From contig MRSU01006023.1 of NCBI GenBank assembly GCA_008369845.1, positions 1 to 34,335 of the forward strand: 34,335 nt of DNA, written 5' to 3'. How positions within the stretch are numbered: position 1 is the stretch's first letter; every line of letters begins with the position of its first letter. The translations under genes and the position numbers were made by a program. The notes beneath the pieces were generated by a model. That model ran no database searches. It saw only the letters and a list, made by a program, of their open reading frames with translations, and was not told the origin of the DNA. This document shows, one piece after another, positions 10,601-18,628 of this stretch. Origin of the DNA: Trichomonas gallinae (Eukaryota).

Positions 10601-11596
10601 AGAAATCGTTTTGAAGTTTTCATTTGACCTCGAATATTCAATTAAATCATATTTGTGCTTTAACAGATTAATAAGGGCAGTAAATCCACCACAACCAAGT
10701 GAAAACACCAATTCGCTCTGTGAACATGAGTTTTCAGAGCTCCTTATGTTCGAAAACATTAATAAAATTGCATCAATCAAATTATGCAAAATTTCAGTAG
10801 ATATGTTGTTAATGAACTCTTGTGCTGCCTCTGATACTGTGTTTAAAAACTTTGTAATGCTTTTAATTTCGTTTTCAGACATCTGAACTTTTCCTATATT
10901 CGAGATGAAGTAAAATGTGTATAAAACTAGATATCTAAACATCGATGTGTAAAACGGTGAAGCGATTTTATCGTATGAAATTAAGGAAAAAGAATCATCA
11001 AATGCTTTCGATTCGAATTCGCGTAAATACTGTGAATTAAATAACTTCTGTTGGTCTAAATTGTGTGTTGGCATGTTATTAAAGACGAATGATAAACATA
11101 CTTTGATATCTGATTTATATGGTTTCGGTAAATGCACCATTACCCAATATATGTCACAGCTGTCATCTACTGAGTAAAGTAGTAGGAAATCATCAGGATT
11201 TTCTAGATCTAACGCGTTATTAAATTGAATGAGAAATTTAATTATTGATCTTACAATGGTATTTCCGATTATATTGAGTATTTTGAACGGTTTCGAAAGT
11301 ATCTGTGGATTTTGACGTGCGTATTTCACTAAACTAATTTCTGCTGGTGAAATTGGCGACTTTAAATCGAGAATATCTAGCAAATACTCCTCGTTATCGG
11401 AATTTACGACGCTTACTGGTTCATATATTTTACTTTTCGGAACAGAAGGATGAATTATCTGTGAAAAAATGGTGCTAAGCTCGTATGGCGCTCCTCTTTG
11501 GAGTTTGGGCGGCTTAGACTGGCCCTCGAAGTATTTAATCCAGATTAAATGCCGTGGTTCTGTGAAAACTCGAGGCTGAGGCTTAGAAACACGCAT
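4652..11596 (-). CDS. Neurobeachin/beige-like large protein (helical repeats, ConA/LamG, PH, degenerate BEACH, WD40-like C-terminus)
   Basis: Uninterrupted 2314-aa ORF. ConA-like segment GFAFSICFRID...QKWYNLVV...ILLDGEEI (about 8470-8820). PH-like segment ending SFEIFCKSG..ILVVF. BEACH-start-like ISAFNYILWENFLNGKSFN...PIFP. Beta-rich propeller-like C-terminus. Confidence 0.72.
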   Translation of the reverse strand: MRVSKPQPRVFTEPRHLIWIKYFEGQSKPPKLQRGAPYELSTIFSQIIHPSVPKSKIYEPVSVVNSDNEEYLLDILDLKSPISPAEISLVKYARQNPQILSKPFKILNIIGNTIVRSIIKFLIQFNNALDLENPDDFLLLYSVDDSCDIYWVMVHLPKPYKSDIKVCLSFVFNNMPTHNLDQQKLFNSQYLREFESKAFDDSFSLISYDKIASPFYTSMFRYLVLYTFYFISNIGKVQMSENEIKSITKFLNTVSEAAQEFINNISTEILHNLIDAILLMFSNIRSSENSCSQSELVFSLGCGGFTALINLLKHKYDLIEYSRSNENFKTISLFSIWCFKTFQDENNLPNPENPFEIEKTSEKDLLVIDLYSRGPDQTPVWNETNTVLREIQQYEDSTIENHAQHSLALILMLLKLINNRQAIDSITEFQTEIIQSAKYSSDKNQKDINGKYGCIYAFYVCAYIQNSMIFPFTHFVRDLLLNDFIFDYSIDSCKMEEHKIRSYTRNQIFNVFIKVFQKGSKYSSDILNTVCKYMLGSHLHICDEIIILLYTIFHKNPKEFMEKIIFQDLVESLTWYGMALQKSPYTLQRNRFISFLTIMLKNEIIRTNLLKTEDMTAFLFHQVFDVELHMYYSELISESFKNVSKKKCFSGFCKVLHVFLSEIVKNTDKKLQILTYLFSRLVDVFEQKKQILHKFIAQNNIILDIINIIKILKSDGLNCAIKLLKVLSFIILDDQPNREKLNRYNYDLYDYPLAFYHTDPQNMPELIDILLFFVFEKQTVITGDLNSYFIKNPESLIMLHNATLDKPSHAGILAFIHCLMEFSWANCSMISASHFIDELIIFFRNNIDTDSQALKMTGKILITQFKWDFKSRYFFALFSDHKSENYLLEVLKLCVESLSTVNSSFDNYIVLTDMKSIITVPSLKLRNDSKGFAFSICFRIDRSTTKHTLCTFITDFGDTISLYISQLNLMYMNPSSAPVKTSKTLQTQKWYNLVVNLAGSDLMILLDGEEIVANWETVKFGKENSVKVTIGALPNTTMPCQMSVSSFHMFSSSLTPDVAHQISSIKPSEMQTRKDFSELAVFLNPFHYREERLMNQVPSKQIYAAEFSGMIINNQNVHTAILHTNGIIRALRLCRNSSEVTFVIKMMRMLIASSKSFTKSLFQVMPIETFASLVAGIDPNIFSIDSARELEAIWSLLNDSQHKFDYFKHIMFNFKLWMTMDSSIIYKLFETTQYQTMRDFPVLTQEILNCQYFFSFILICDNFQVREMLWKIMFQYLSLSISKADKESIVLFAENAPEKLALEFLLRLFGILDLNQETSKILWKLNLEILIILIFRLIYLIENESTRQDAVKYITLQRWKGLANAFLDLKNHSIFFQVLIITSQFHEPSLLIELISDILVIAQENPLIIAMILHASYPAIWFFYAYFRTAEKIVDFNTVSNLQTLFAKMLYISLTLDHVSFEDEIYSVYALGIEKRVDVIPFIRSCLMKTIQFGKESTKLDYKRFMQLIFTYLFVLPKSDCFNQNLELLKFFGMPGKMMLPTKIPNIAMKYTDMIHIFQKPMQDDMFPLSIGLRVDAKGNFVDIDLVMAFYNFLKNVNIDLLNPHLNVKIFNSLTIGLLVSFLFCNVIRYEPNLSGDTMILFEKIFPPETCPSNNFCIFAYALYNSAITVQYWQGTFAKFVQKYAKHCGNYQTIILTDESAIFNDDKFNHFFVQTFGERSMYVNELIERYVAFISNKNLKSLIEQQKAISEIINLTSKKIDPSVVFALSAKEIAQSEVYLQKRLTEIAKIDSFDVSNKLPPSQTPEKAIFFNRHFHPYMTTNSINVFSEYNKWPLGKLFPQDLYFTNPDFIVAKCKITSHKSYSGLFLIDKQKIIVCGLVLHFDDIFTIIIRSEKSFEIFCKSGMMILVVFETLQASLLKNIKIDIFAEPVLSEAISAFNYILWENFLNGKSFNIPENTPIFPEVTEQGKITEKILSALEFTYNQNLDKWTNMKSINLQSSLNLIIEWTERYVGKKLKNVSFTDDYQQGQMFVNSLLFKNKIKMKSEIMYVNSSFILDESGHLHSFAGELIRELPVSGISNTQMIGNKLICSGDYFDQLFITDCTEPKSDKLIKSSQIRLISVIDEKKTIVLCETENCLSVLGPETPAIYNDGIFLPLYISDGRVISIDSSASSGIIAAINNSGKVLVSSIDGMCVLSSFNIDHRYTNIYVYDSGCIVITSPTAGISSFTLDGVLMAHIENCIPKFSACKIELDGQSSFLAAPFDGQLTILDARTLRTAKVLIYKRKMIDCTFTQSTKSLVCTMEGDVAIAASV

Positions 11597-12167
11597 TTAA
11601 TCAGAATTTTGTCAAAAAAATTTAAAATCAACAGGAAATATGTGATATAGATTTATTATTTAAAAAATCCGAAAAAAATATTTTACAAAAGTGGCAAAAA
11701 TATGGATATAAAAGTGACTAAAATCATAATAAATCAGAAATTTTCATTAAAAATGCATTTTCATATTATAAAAATTATATATTTCATGAAAATTTTGATT
11801 ATTGTTCAAATTATTTTTAATCTTGAAAATATTTTCATGCTTCATACCTGTTATTCAAATCTCTTCCCGATAATCATATTTTATCAGTGTTGTGCTATTT
11901 ATTGGATATGCCTATGCCCTTATTAGTTTTGTTTATCTATAGATATCTTATGTTTTATTATATTGGAGAGTAAGCTTTTAAAAAAAAGAGTTTAATTATG
12001 ATATTTAACAGTCAAAATGACTAGATATTTGTATTATAGCATCAGTATGATGTATATATTTAACATCTAAAATACGAACGTAATCTGTAGTATATAAATA
12101 TTTATCAACATCCAATGGTAAAAAAATGTTGAAAATAAGGTTATAAAAATTGACAAAAAGATTATAA

Positions 12168-12638
12168 ATGGAACCAAACTGGCTCGACGGCATCATTGAT
12201 AGAAGTTCCAACTCCAAGAACCACGAGCAGAGCGAGTTGTGCGAAGTTAAAAAAATTTTAGATGATAGAGTCGAGGATGGAGTAAGAAAATTCTTGATCC
12301 AATGGGTTGGCTACTCAGAATCTCAAAACTCGTGGGTTGATGAAAGGGACCTTAATTGTGCACAAATACTTAAGGAATATCTTGAAGATAAAAAAATTAA
12401 GCATGATTTGCATTACGTTATTTCAGAAAAAACAGATGAACAAGTTGTAGGAGTCACAAAACAAGAAAACAAATTATATTTCAAGCTCCAAAAGGGAGAT
12501 AAAATAATTTTGGTTTCCAACGAGAAAATGAAGAAGCATCATCCAAAAGCACTCTTCGATTACTATGAATCTCGAATTGTTTTTACAGAAAAAAGAATTA
12601 TTTACGATATTAAGCATCAACCAAACTTCGGCCCTTAA
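12168..12638 (+). CDS. HP1-like chromodomain plus chromoshadow-like domain protein
   Basis: Chromodomain EVKKILDDRVEDGVRKFLIQWVGYSESQNSWVDERDLNC. The C-terminal EQVVGVT...LYF...LV......HPKALFDYYESRI resembles a chromoshadow domain. Confidence 0.8.
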   Translation: MEPNWLDGIIDRSSNSKNHEQSELCEVKKILDDRVEDGVRKFLIQWVGYSESQNSWVDERDLNCAQILKEYLEDKKIKHDLHYVISEKTDEQVVGVTKQENKLYFKLQKGDKIILVSNEKMKKHHPKALFDYYESRIVFTEKRIIYDIKHQPNFGP

Positions 12639-12899
12639 TTTACTGTCATTCTATAGATGTCTTTTAGAATTTCATATTAGTTGCCCATGAAATGAAATTC
12701 TACCAAAATGAAATTTATTATTTTTGTATTTACTACTAATGCTGTTGTTGTTTTATTATAAACTGTCTTTTATATATAAATTGCCCAAGAAAACTTTTCA
12801 TTTTTGCAAATTAAAAATAAAAATTATAAAATTTCAACAGATTTAGTTGGTTGTTTTGCAATATAATGTTAGTTATAAAAAAGAATAAATTCTGTTTTA

Positions 12900-14096
12900 T
12901 TACTGAGCAGGTTGTTCTGGTGGTGGATTATCCATTTCATCATCCACACGTTGTTCAATTTGTTGCTTCAAGCTTGGTAATGCAGAAGATTGGGATGGTG
13001 GTGGTGGCTTATAATAATTTGGGTTGTTATTTTGATTTTGATTATTATAATCTCTGTTATCTTGCTGAGATTCGCCGTTTGCATTATTCTGTCCTCCTTC
13101 TCCGTTGTCATTTGGTAATTTTTCCTTTAATTTTTCTGCTTCATTAGTCATTTCGAGTTCTTCATAAACAGCGATAGCCTTCTTATAGAATTCGGTCTCC
13201 TTTTCAGTCTGGTTAGCTTCCTTTGCTGCTTGGGCACCTTTTACATAAATCTCGGCCTGATCTTTTGTCTTTTCTGGATTTGCTTGTGGATAGTTATCAC
13301 CTGCGCGCTCAAAGAATGGAATTGACTCTTCAAACTTCTGTTTTCTGAACAAAATATCGGACATGTACAAATCACGACGATAAGCCATCTTTGGACATGA
13401 TGTTTCTGTTTCCGCGTATGGTGAAAGTAATTTATCAGCTTCAGCGAGCTTCTTTTGGGATTCACTCTTGTTTTGGCAGCTTGAATGTAAAGCGACGTCT
13501 GTTAACTCCAAGTTGAGCTTAAATTGATCCTCATCTGTTAATTTCGAGTTCTTAGCCTGCTGCTGGGCCTTGTTGAGGTTGCGACTTGCGCTTGTGTAAT
13601 ATCCAAGAGAATTGTAAAAGCTGCCAATAGCGGTCATTGATTGGATGACTTCTGGAGAATTTTCTCCGTAAACGAGAATTCTTAGTTGTTTTTGCTGAAC
13701 GAGAAGCTCGAAGCGCTGATCATTATCGATTTCGGCATTTTCATCGCCAAGCTTAGCGTCAACATCCTTAAGCTTTTCTTCAGGTTCTCTAATATCGATT
13801 TCATTGTCCGGAGAGTTGTAATATTGTTCAGCGAAGTTTCCTTGTTCAGTTTTATTAACTTTTCCTGTTGAAAATTTGTGTGGAACGCGAGAAAGACGGT
13901 AGCAAGAGCTATCTAGCTTCCTTTGTGGAATTGTTTTCGATGGATATGCGTTTTGGGATTCATCCGATTTATGTGTTGGCTTTGGAGCGTCTAATGGCCT
14001 ACGTGTAGGCTGTGTTTTGCTAATATCTCCACTTTTATGAGCTTCTGGGCTTTCAGAACCTTGTTTTAATGGCGCTGACTTCTGATAATTCGACAT
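12900..14096 (-). CDS. TPR/helical-repeat protein with disordered termini
   Basis: TPR-like helices (VYGENSPEVIQSMTAIGSFY; FEESIPFFERA; TEFYKKAIAVY) and an N/Q/P-rich tail. I moved the start to ATG 14096 (MSNYQ) because an Inr (TCATT, about 14119-14123 on the minus strand) precedes it and the upstream extension looks like AT-rich promoter sequence. Confidence 0.7.
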   Translation of the reverse strand: MSNYQKSAPLKQGSESPEAHKSGDISKTQPTRRPLDAPKPTHKSDESQNAYPSKTIPQRKLDSSCYRLSRVPHKFSTGKVNKTEQGNFAEQYYNSPDNEIDIREPEEKLKDVDAKLGDENAEIDNDQRFELLVQQKQLRILVYGENSPEVIQSMTAIGSFYNSLGYYTSASRNLNKAQQQAKNSKLTDEDQFKLNLELTDVALHSSCQNKSESQKKLAEADKLLSPYAETETSCPKMAYRRDLYMSDILFRKQKFEESIPFFERAGDNYPQANPEKTKDQAEIYVKGAQAAKEANQTEKETEFYKKAIAVYEELEMTNEAEKLKEKLPNDNGEGGQNNANGESQQDNRDYNNQNQNNNPNYYKPPPPSQSSALPSLKQQIEQRVDDEMDNPPPEQPAQ

Positions 14097-14520
14097 TCTA
14101 AAAAATTGAAAATTTTTTAATGAAATATTGCGTAAACAACCTAATGGAGTCCAGAAATCATGAATTTTGGCAAAAAAACGATAAAAACGTATTTTCGGAA
14201 AAAACGTATATTTGACACAAGTTTTATCATCGAAAAAAATCATTTATTATAATGTTATGAGTCAAATCAATAGCATCAATAGAACAACTAGACTTATATC
14301 TAGGTAATCATAAAATCGATCTATACTATTATTGATATTTAATAAATCATGAAAATTATCCAAATAATCAACAGCTCATAATTTGTAAAATTATTGTTTC
14401 TTGTAATTTAAGAGTATTGGAGTTGCTTAAATTATAATATTAAAAAATAATAATTTTATTTGATATTATTTTAGTAATAATCTATAATTGAATGTAAAAT
14501 TAATACTTTTGAGTGATATT

Positions 14521-15984
14521 TTATTCAAGTTTAACGTGTTCTGAGGTACCAAACAAAACTTCATACATAACCCATAACATTGGGATGAAAACAAATACAA
14601 CGGCAATGATAATTGCAAAAATTGGGCCCTTGTATTCGATTCTGCACCAGATTTTGTAAGCTCTCTTAATTTCCCAAACAATTCTATTAATAACGCCTGG
14701 GAGTGGTGGAATTTCCAAATCTTTTTCTATGTCAATCCATTTGTAAGAAATCTTCATCTTTTTGATCTGGAATCTTTGGCGCTGAGCGAAATCTTCCAAA
14801 TTCCATCTTTTAACGATTGTTTCGTTGTGTCCGACAAAAAGATTTGTAACTAATACGTCATGGTAAGCCGACCATATGTTGAAAGAAAATCCAGTAATTC
14901 CAGGAAGAGAATAATTATAATCATGAGTGAATTTTGGATTTGGAATCTTTCTAGGAGCCCAAGGACCTTTATATTTTGGATCTCTGAGCATTGGAGGAGA
15001 CCATTTTCCTTTGTATTTTTTGTTCTTTATCATTGGTGGTTTATATTTACCACATCCAACTCTGCACTTTGGATTTCTGATCATTTTAGGTTTGTACTCG
15101 CCGAACATGAATTCATTCCAGTCATCTGGCGCTGTATCTTTTGGATCTGGAATCTTTTCTGGCTCATTTTCTTCCCATCCGAACGGAGGATTCAAATATC
15201 TTGGATTTGGTATCATCTCTGGCTCATTTTCGTCCCAATCATCTGGCTTTCTAGCGTTTGGATCTGGATAAAATTCATTATCAACCCAATCAGCTGGTTT
15301 TGAATCTTTAGGATCGTCGATAAGCTTTGGTTCAACAACTGGAATCTTGAATGAGTGTGTAAATGTGCCATTCATGAATGACATTGCATCAATCATATAT
15401 TCAAATGTGTTATCTGGACGAATAATAAGGGTATATAAATGCGGTATTTCATCATATGGAACTTTAATTTCTTTTTCAAGCTTGTGAGCAACTTCTTTTC
15501 CATCTTTATCGGTTGTATAAAAATTCAAAATTGCTCTTGTCTTTTTATTCGTATGCTGTGGCCCAAATTCGATTGTTCCGTGTGTTTTGTTAGTCTGATG
15601 GAATGGATCGAATGTTTTTGTATGAATGCGAAGCAATGATTTAAAGCAATGGTAAGTTAACTGGGCGCGGACTTCATATTGGATGACAATTGGTTCATTC
15701 ATATGATAAATTGGCGCTGGAAGAATTTGAGATATAATATGTGATTTTCCTTTATCGTTTATTACCAATCCTTTCTCATGTCTTCTGCCTTGTAATGGGT
15801 ATGAAAGATCGTTTGTCCACTTTCCATCATAAGAAATATTACGTGAAGGGAGCCATCTTTTTAAAACGAATGGGTCCGTAAAATTGTCGTAGAATAATGG
15901 TGTACAGGCAGGAAGCATAGGCCTGCCATTCTCGTCATAGAGTCTTTTGGCTGATTGTGCGATATAACAGAATAGATACAACAT
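14521..15984 (-). CDS. Calnexin-like (calreticulin family) type I ER membrane protein, divergent
   Basis: Short hydrophobic N-terminus, IQYEVR and HLYTLIIRPDNTFEYMID. The P-domain has 4 type-1 repeats (DP...KP.DW) and 4 type-2 repeats (G.W/Y.P..I.NP.Y) plus CxxxC. C-terminal TM helix and a short tail ending HVKLE. First ATG is 15984; Inr at 15998-16002 (minus). Confidence 0.88.
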   Translation of the reverse strand: MLYLFCYIAQSAKRLYDENGRPMLPACTPLFYDNFTDPFVLKRWLPSRNISYDGKWTNDLSYPLQGRRHEKGLVINDKGKSHIISQILPAPIYHMNEPIVIQYEVRAQLTYHCFKSLLRIHTKTFDPFHQTNKTHGTIEFGPQHTNKKTRAILNFYTTDKDGKEVAHKLEKEIKVPYDEIPHLYTLIIRPDNTFEYMIDAMSFMNGTFTHSFKIPVVEPKLIDDPKDSKPADWVDNEFYPDPNARKPDDWDENEPEMIPNPRYLNPPFGWEENEPEKIPDPKDTAPDDWNEFMFGEYKPKMIRNPKCRVGCGKYKPPMIKNKKYKGKWSPPMLRDPKYKGPWAPRKIPNPKFTHDYNYSLPGITGFSFNIWSAYHDVLVTNLFVGHNETIVKRWNLEDFAQRQRFQIKKMKISYKWIDIEKDLEIPPLPGVINRIVWEIKRAYKIWCRIEYKGPIFAIIIAVVFVFIPMLWVMYEVLFGTSEHVKLE

Positions 15985-16258
15985 TACAACCAAAAAAAAT
16001 GAATATTATGATATCAATTTGATCAGATATTATCATTCATCATTTATTGTTAATCAAAATCCGTGATTTAAAACTCGATTAATCATGAAAATTGGTGAGT
16101 AAATAAAAAATCACATGAAAAATATTATTATTTTATTATCAAAAATTCGAAAAATAGAAATTGGATAAGAAAACTAAAAGCGCAGATAAGATGTGTTATG
16201 TATGAGGATGATAAAAGCGCAATTTTTAGGCGTTTTGGCTTTTCATAATTTTTTTTCG

Positions 16259-16855
16259 ATGTCTAACTCCGAAAGGGTTGCCTTGAAAATAGTTCTTCTT
16301 GGTAATTCTGGTGCAGGTAAGACATCTCTTGTCAACAGATGGATCACTGGTTCGCATAATAAGTCTATTACACCAACTGTTGGCGCTAATCATCAGAAGA
16401 AGACAATAGAAATCGAAAACAAAAACGTAGATTTATTTATTTGGGATACTGCTGGACAAGAGCAGTTCCAAGCCTTAACACCACTCTATACAAGATCTGC
16501 AGCTTGTGCAATTATTTGTGCATCGATAGTTGATATGGACTCTTTCAATTCTTTGGATACATGGAAAGAATTAGTTAACAACTCATGCGAAAATCCACCG
16601 CCGATGATTCTGGCTATCAATAAAATTGATCTTTCGAACGATAATACCTTGTCTAATGAAACGATTGAAGAAAAATTTACAAGTCAGTTTAATGGTATTT
16701 TCTTCACATCTTCTATAACAGGCGAAGGTGTCGATGAAATGTTCGTTCAAGCTGGTAAACTTGGTATGAATTATTCTTTACAAGTATCTGAATCTGATAA
16801 CAAATCTGTTAACGACTTGTCAAGCCAAAATAAGAAGAAGTCTGGATGTTGCTGA
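16259..16855 (+). CDS. Rab-family small GTPase (divergent, lineage-specific type)
   Basis: GNSGAGKT, PTVG, WDTAGQE, NKID, TSS and a C-terminal GCC prenylation motif. Inr TCATA at 16243-16247 supports ATG 16259 as the start. Confidence 0.92.
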   Translation: MSNSERVALKIVLLGNSGAGKTSLVNRWITGSHNKSITPTVGANHQKKTIEIENKNVDLFIWDTAGQEQFQALTPLYTRSAACAIICASIVDMDSFNSLDTWKELVNNSCENPPPMILAINKIDLSNDNTLSNETIEEKFTSQFNGIFFTSSITGEGVDEMFVQAGKLGMNYSLQVSESDNKSVNDLSSQNKKKSGCC

Positions 16856-17334
16856 ACTCTAAATTATACAACATAAAATTATTTTAGTTCTTTTAATATA
16901 AATCATACTTCAATGTTTATAATTCACAAATATTTCACTTTTTTTGAGTTGAATTTATCTTAAAATCAGAAATATCGAATCTGAAAATAATCAAGTCAGT
17001 ATCATGCAACGAAATAGTACGAACTATACTAGGAAGCTTATGCATCATTGAGAAATTTCTATTTTGGGGTTAGATTGTGAGATTTTTATTTTGCAATAGA
17101 ATTATTGGAAGAAATAAAAACAGTTATGATAGGATGGGTGAGAAAATATTGCAATATAGGCACAAAAATGATTAATATATAATAAACGGGTGCAAAAAAT
17201 ACAATATTAAAAAAAATAAAAATGATTGACAGAATAAATAGAGCTGGAATAATAACATAATGAAAAATAAAAAAAAAATTGATTGCTATAGAGTAAGTTG
17301 GTTTTTTTAGATATAAGTTAGGTTTAATTTCAGT

Positions 17335-17838
17335 TTAATTTTCTTTGCGAACGCAGGATCGTTCGTCTGACTTACCACTAAGGATAATAGCAACAATGAA
17401 ACCGTAAAGACCAAGAACTTCTCCGAAAATGAGGACAAGCATGGCACCCATAAGAAGTTGTGGCTTCTCGGCCATAACGCGAGCAGCGGCATCACCAGCA
17501 ACACCAATGCACATGCCAGAAGCAAGGCCGCAAAGGCCGACAGAAATACCAGCAGCAAGGAAAGCATAATTATCATAGATCTTACCAGCAGCCTTCACTT
17601 TACCGTTCAAGATAACACCAGCAACCAATCCGTAGATACCGACAATACCTGCCATAACGACTGGAAGTAAACCTTTGTAAATGAATTCTGGATGGATGGC
17701 GCAAGCAGCGAAAACACCAATAGCAGACTTAGCTGTACCATAGCCTGAGCCAATACCTGTGAATGCAAGAGCAATAGCAATTCCGAGGAATCCGAAGAAT
17801 GGGGCAATAGCTGGGCAAAGATCTTCGACAATAGTCAT
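17335..17838 (-). CDS. V-type H+-ATPase V0 proteolipid subunit c (16 kDa)
   Basis: Four TM helices with GSGYGTAKS, PVVMAGIVGIYGLV, GLASG..IG..GDA..R and LIFGEVLGLYG, which carries the essential TM4 Glu. Confidence 0.96.
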   Translation of the reverse strand: MTIVEDLCPAIAPFFGFLGIAIALAFTGIGSGYGTAKSAIGVFAACAIHPEFIYKGLLPVVMAGIVGIYGLVAGVILNGKVKAAGKIYDNYAFLAAGISVGLCGLASGMCIGVAGDAAARVMAEKPQLLMGAMLVLIFGEVLGLYGFIVAIILSGKSDERSCVRKEN

Positions 17839-18628
17839 TTCTAAATGGCTATAAAGTTTACAAAACAGGTAGCCGATCGGATGGCGGTTTGATTTGAAAA
17901 TTGAAAAGGTCTGTTCGCAGAGAAGCCGCTTTGTGATCGTTCACTTATTCTTAATTTATATAATATACAGTTTTGAGCACGAAAATAAATTTGTCGATGG
18001 TTGGTGCCTAGAAATATGAGCTTTTTTACAAATATGTCTAAAGGAAAATAAAATCATGAAAAGTGAGTGAAAAGTGGAAGAGCTCACAATAAAAAAAAAA
18101 AAAAAATTCGCATATCTATTTGCCATGAATAAACATAATTATTAATTTACTTTTTTTTTGACAAATGTCAAATTCGATGAAGCTTTTATGTAACAGTGGA
18201 ACAATAACCAGGGATAAAAAGTGAGTTGCAAAATGCGTATTTCTTCTATCAAATATTCCTTTCTCAAGCTATTATGCGTGTGATCATCAGCTCCATCAGT
18301 TTCGTTTCCATTTTGAAGTCAGTCCTTACTGATGTTCGATTAACGATTGTATTTGGAAATTAATAGTTCATGCAAAATGAGTTTTGTATTTGTATCTTAA
18401 TAAAGAAACATATATCATTCTGTTTTCACATTATTTATTCTATAGATATAGCATGTATGCACGCATGGCATTGGTTCCACACAATGTAAAACAAATTTTT
18501 TCATAATTGAAATTTCAAAAATGTATTTCCATTAATTTTGATAAAAATAATAATTACATATAGATTAAATATAGCAGTTATATAGATATGAGTAGTTAAA
18601 AACTATGAACATTATTTAGAATGAGTAA

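Noticed and set aside
11702..12217. Short ORFs 11702-11926 (+) and 12005-12217 (-)
   Set aside because: I/F/K/Y-rich translations typical of AT-rich spacer DNA, with no motifs.
14097..14243. N-terminal ORF extensions (here, and 16193-16258 and 30542-30616)
   Set aside because: AT-rich promoter-like sequence. Inr position supports the downstream ATG for the TPR and Rab genes; the phosphatase start is less certain.
16985..17028. AAATAATCAAGT and ACGAACTATA also found near 20125 and 19911
   Set aside because: Short AT-rich matches in a different order, consistent with chance.
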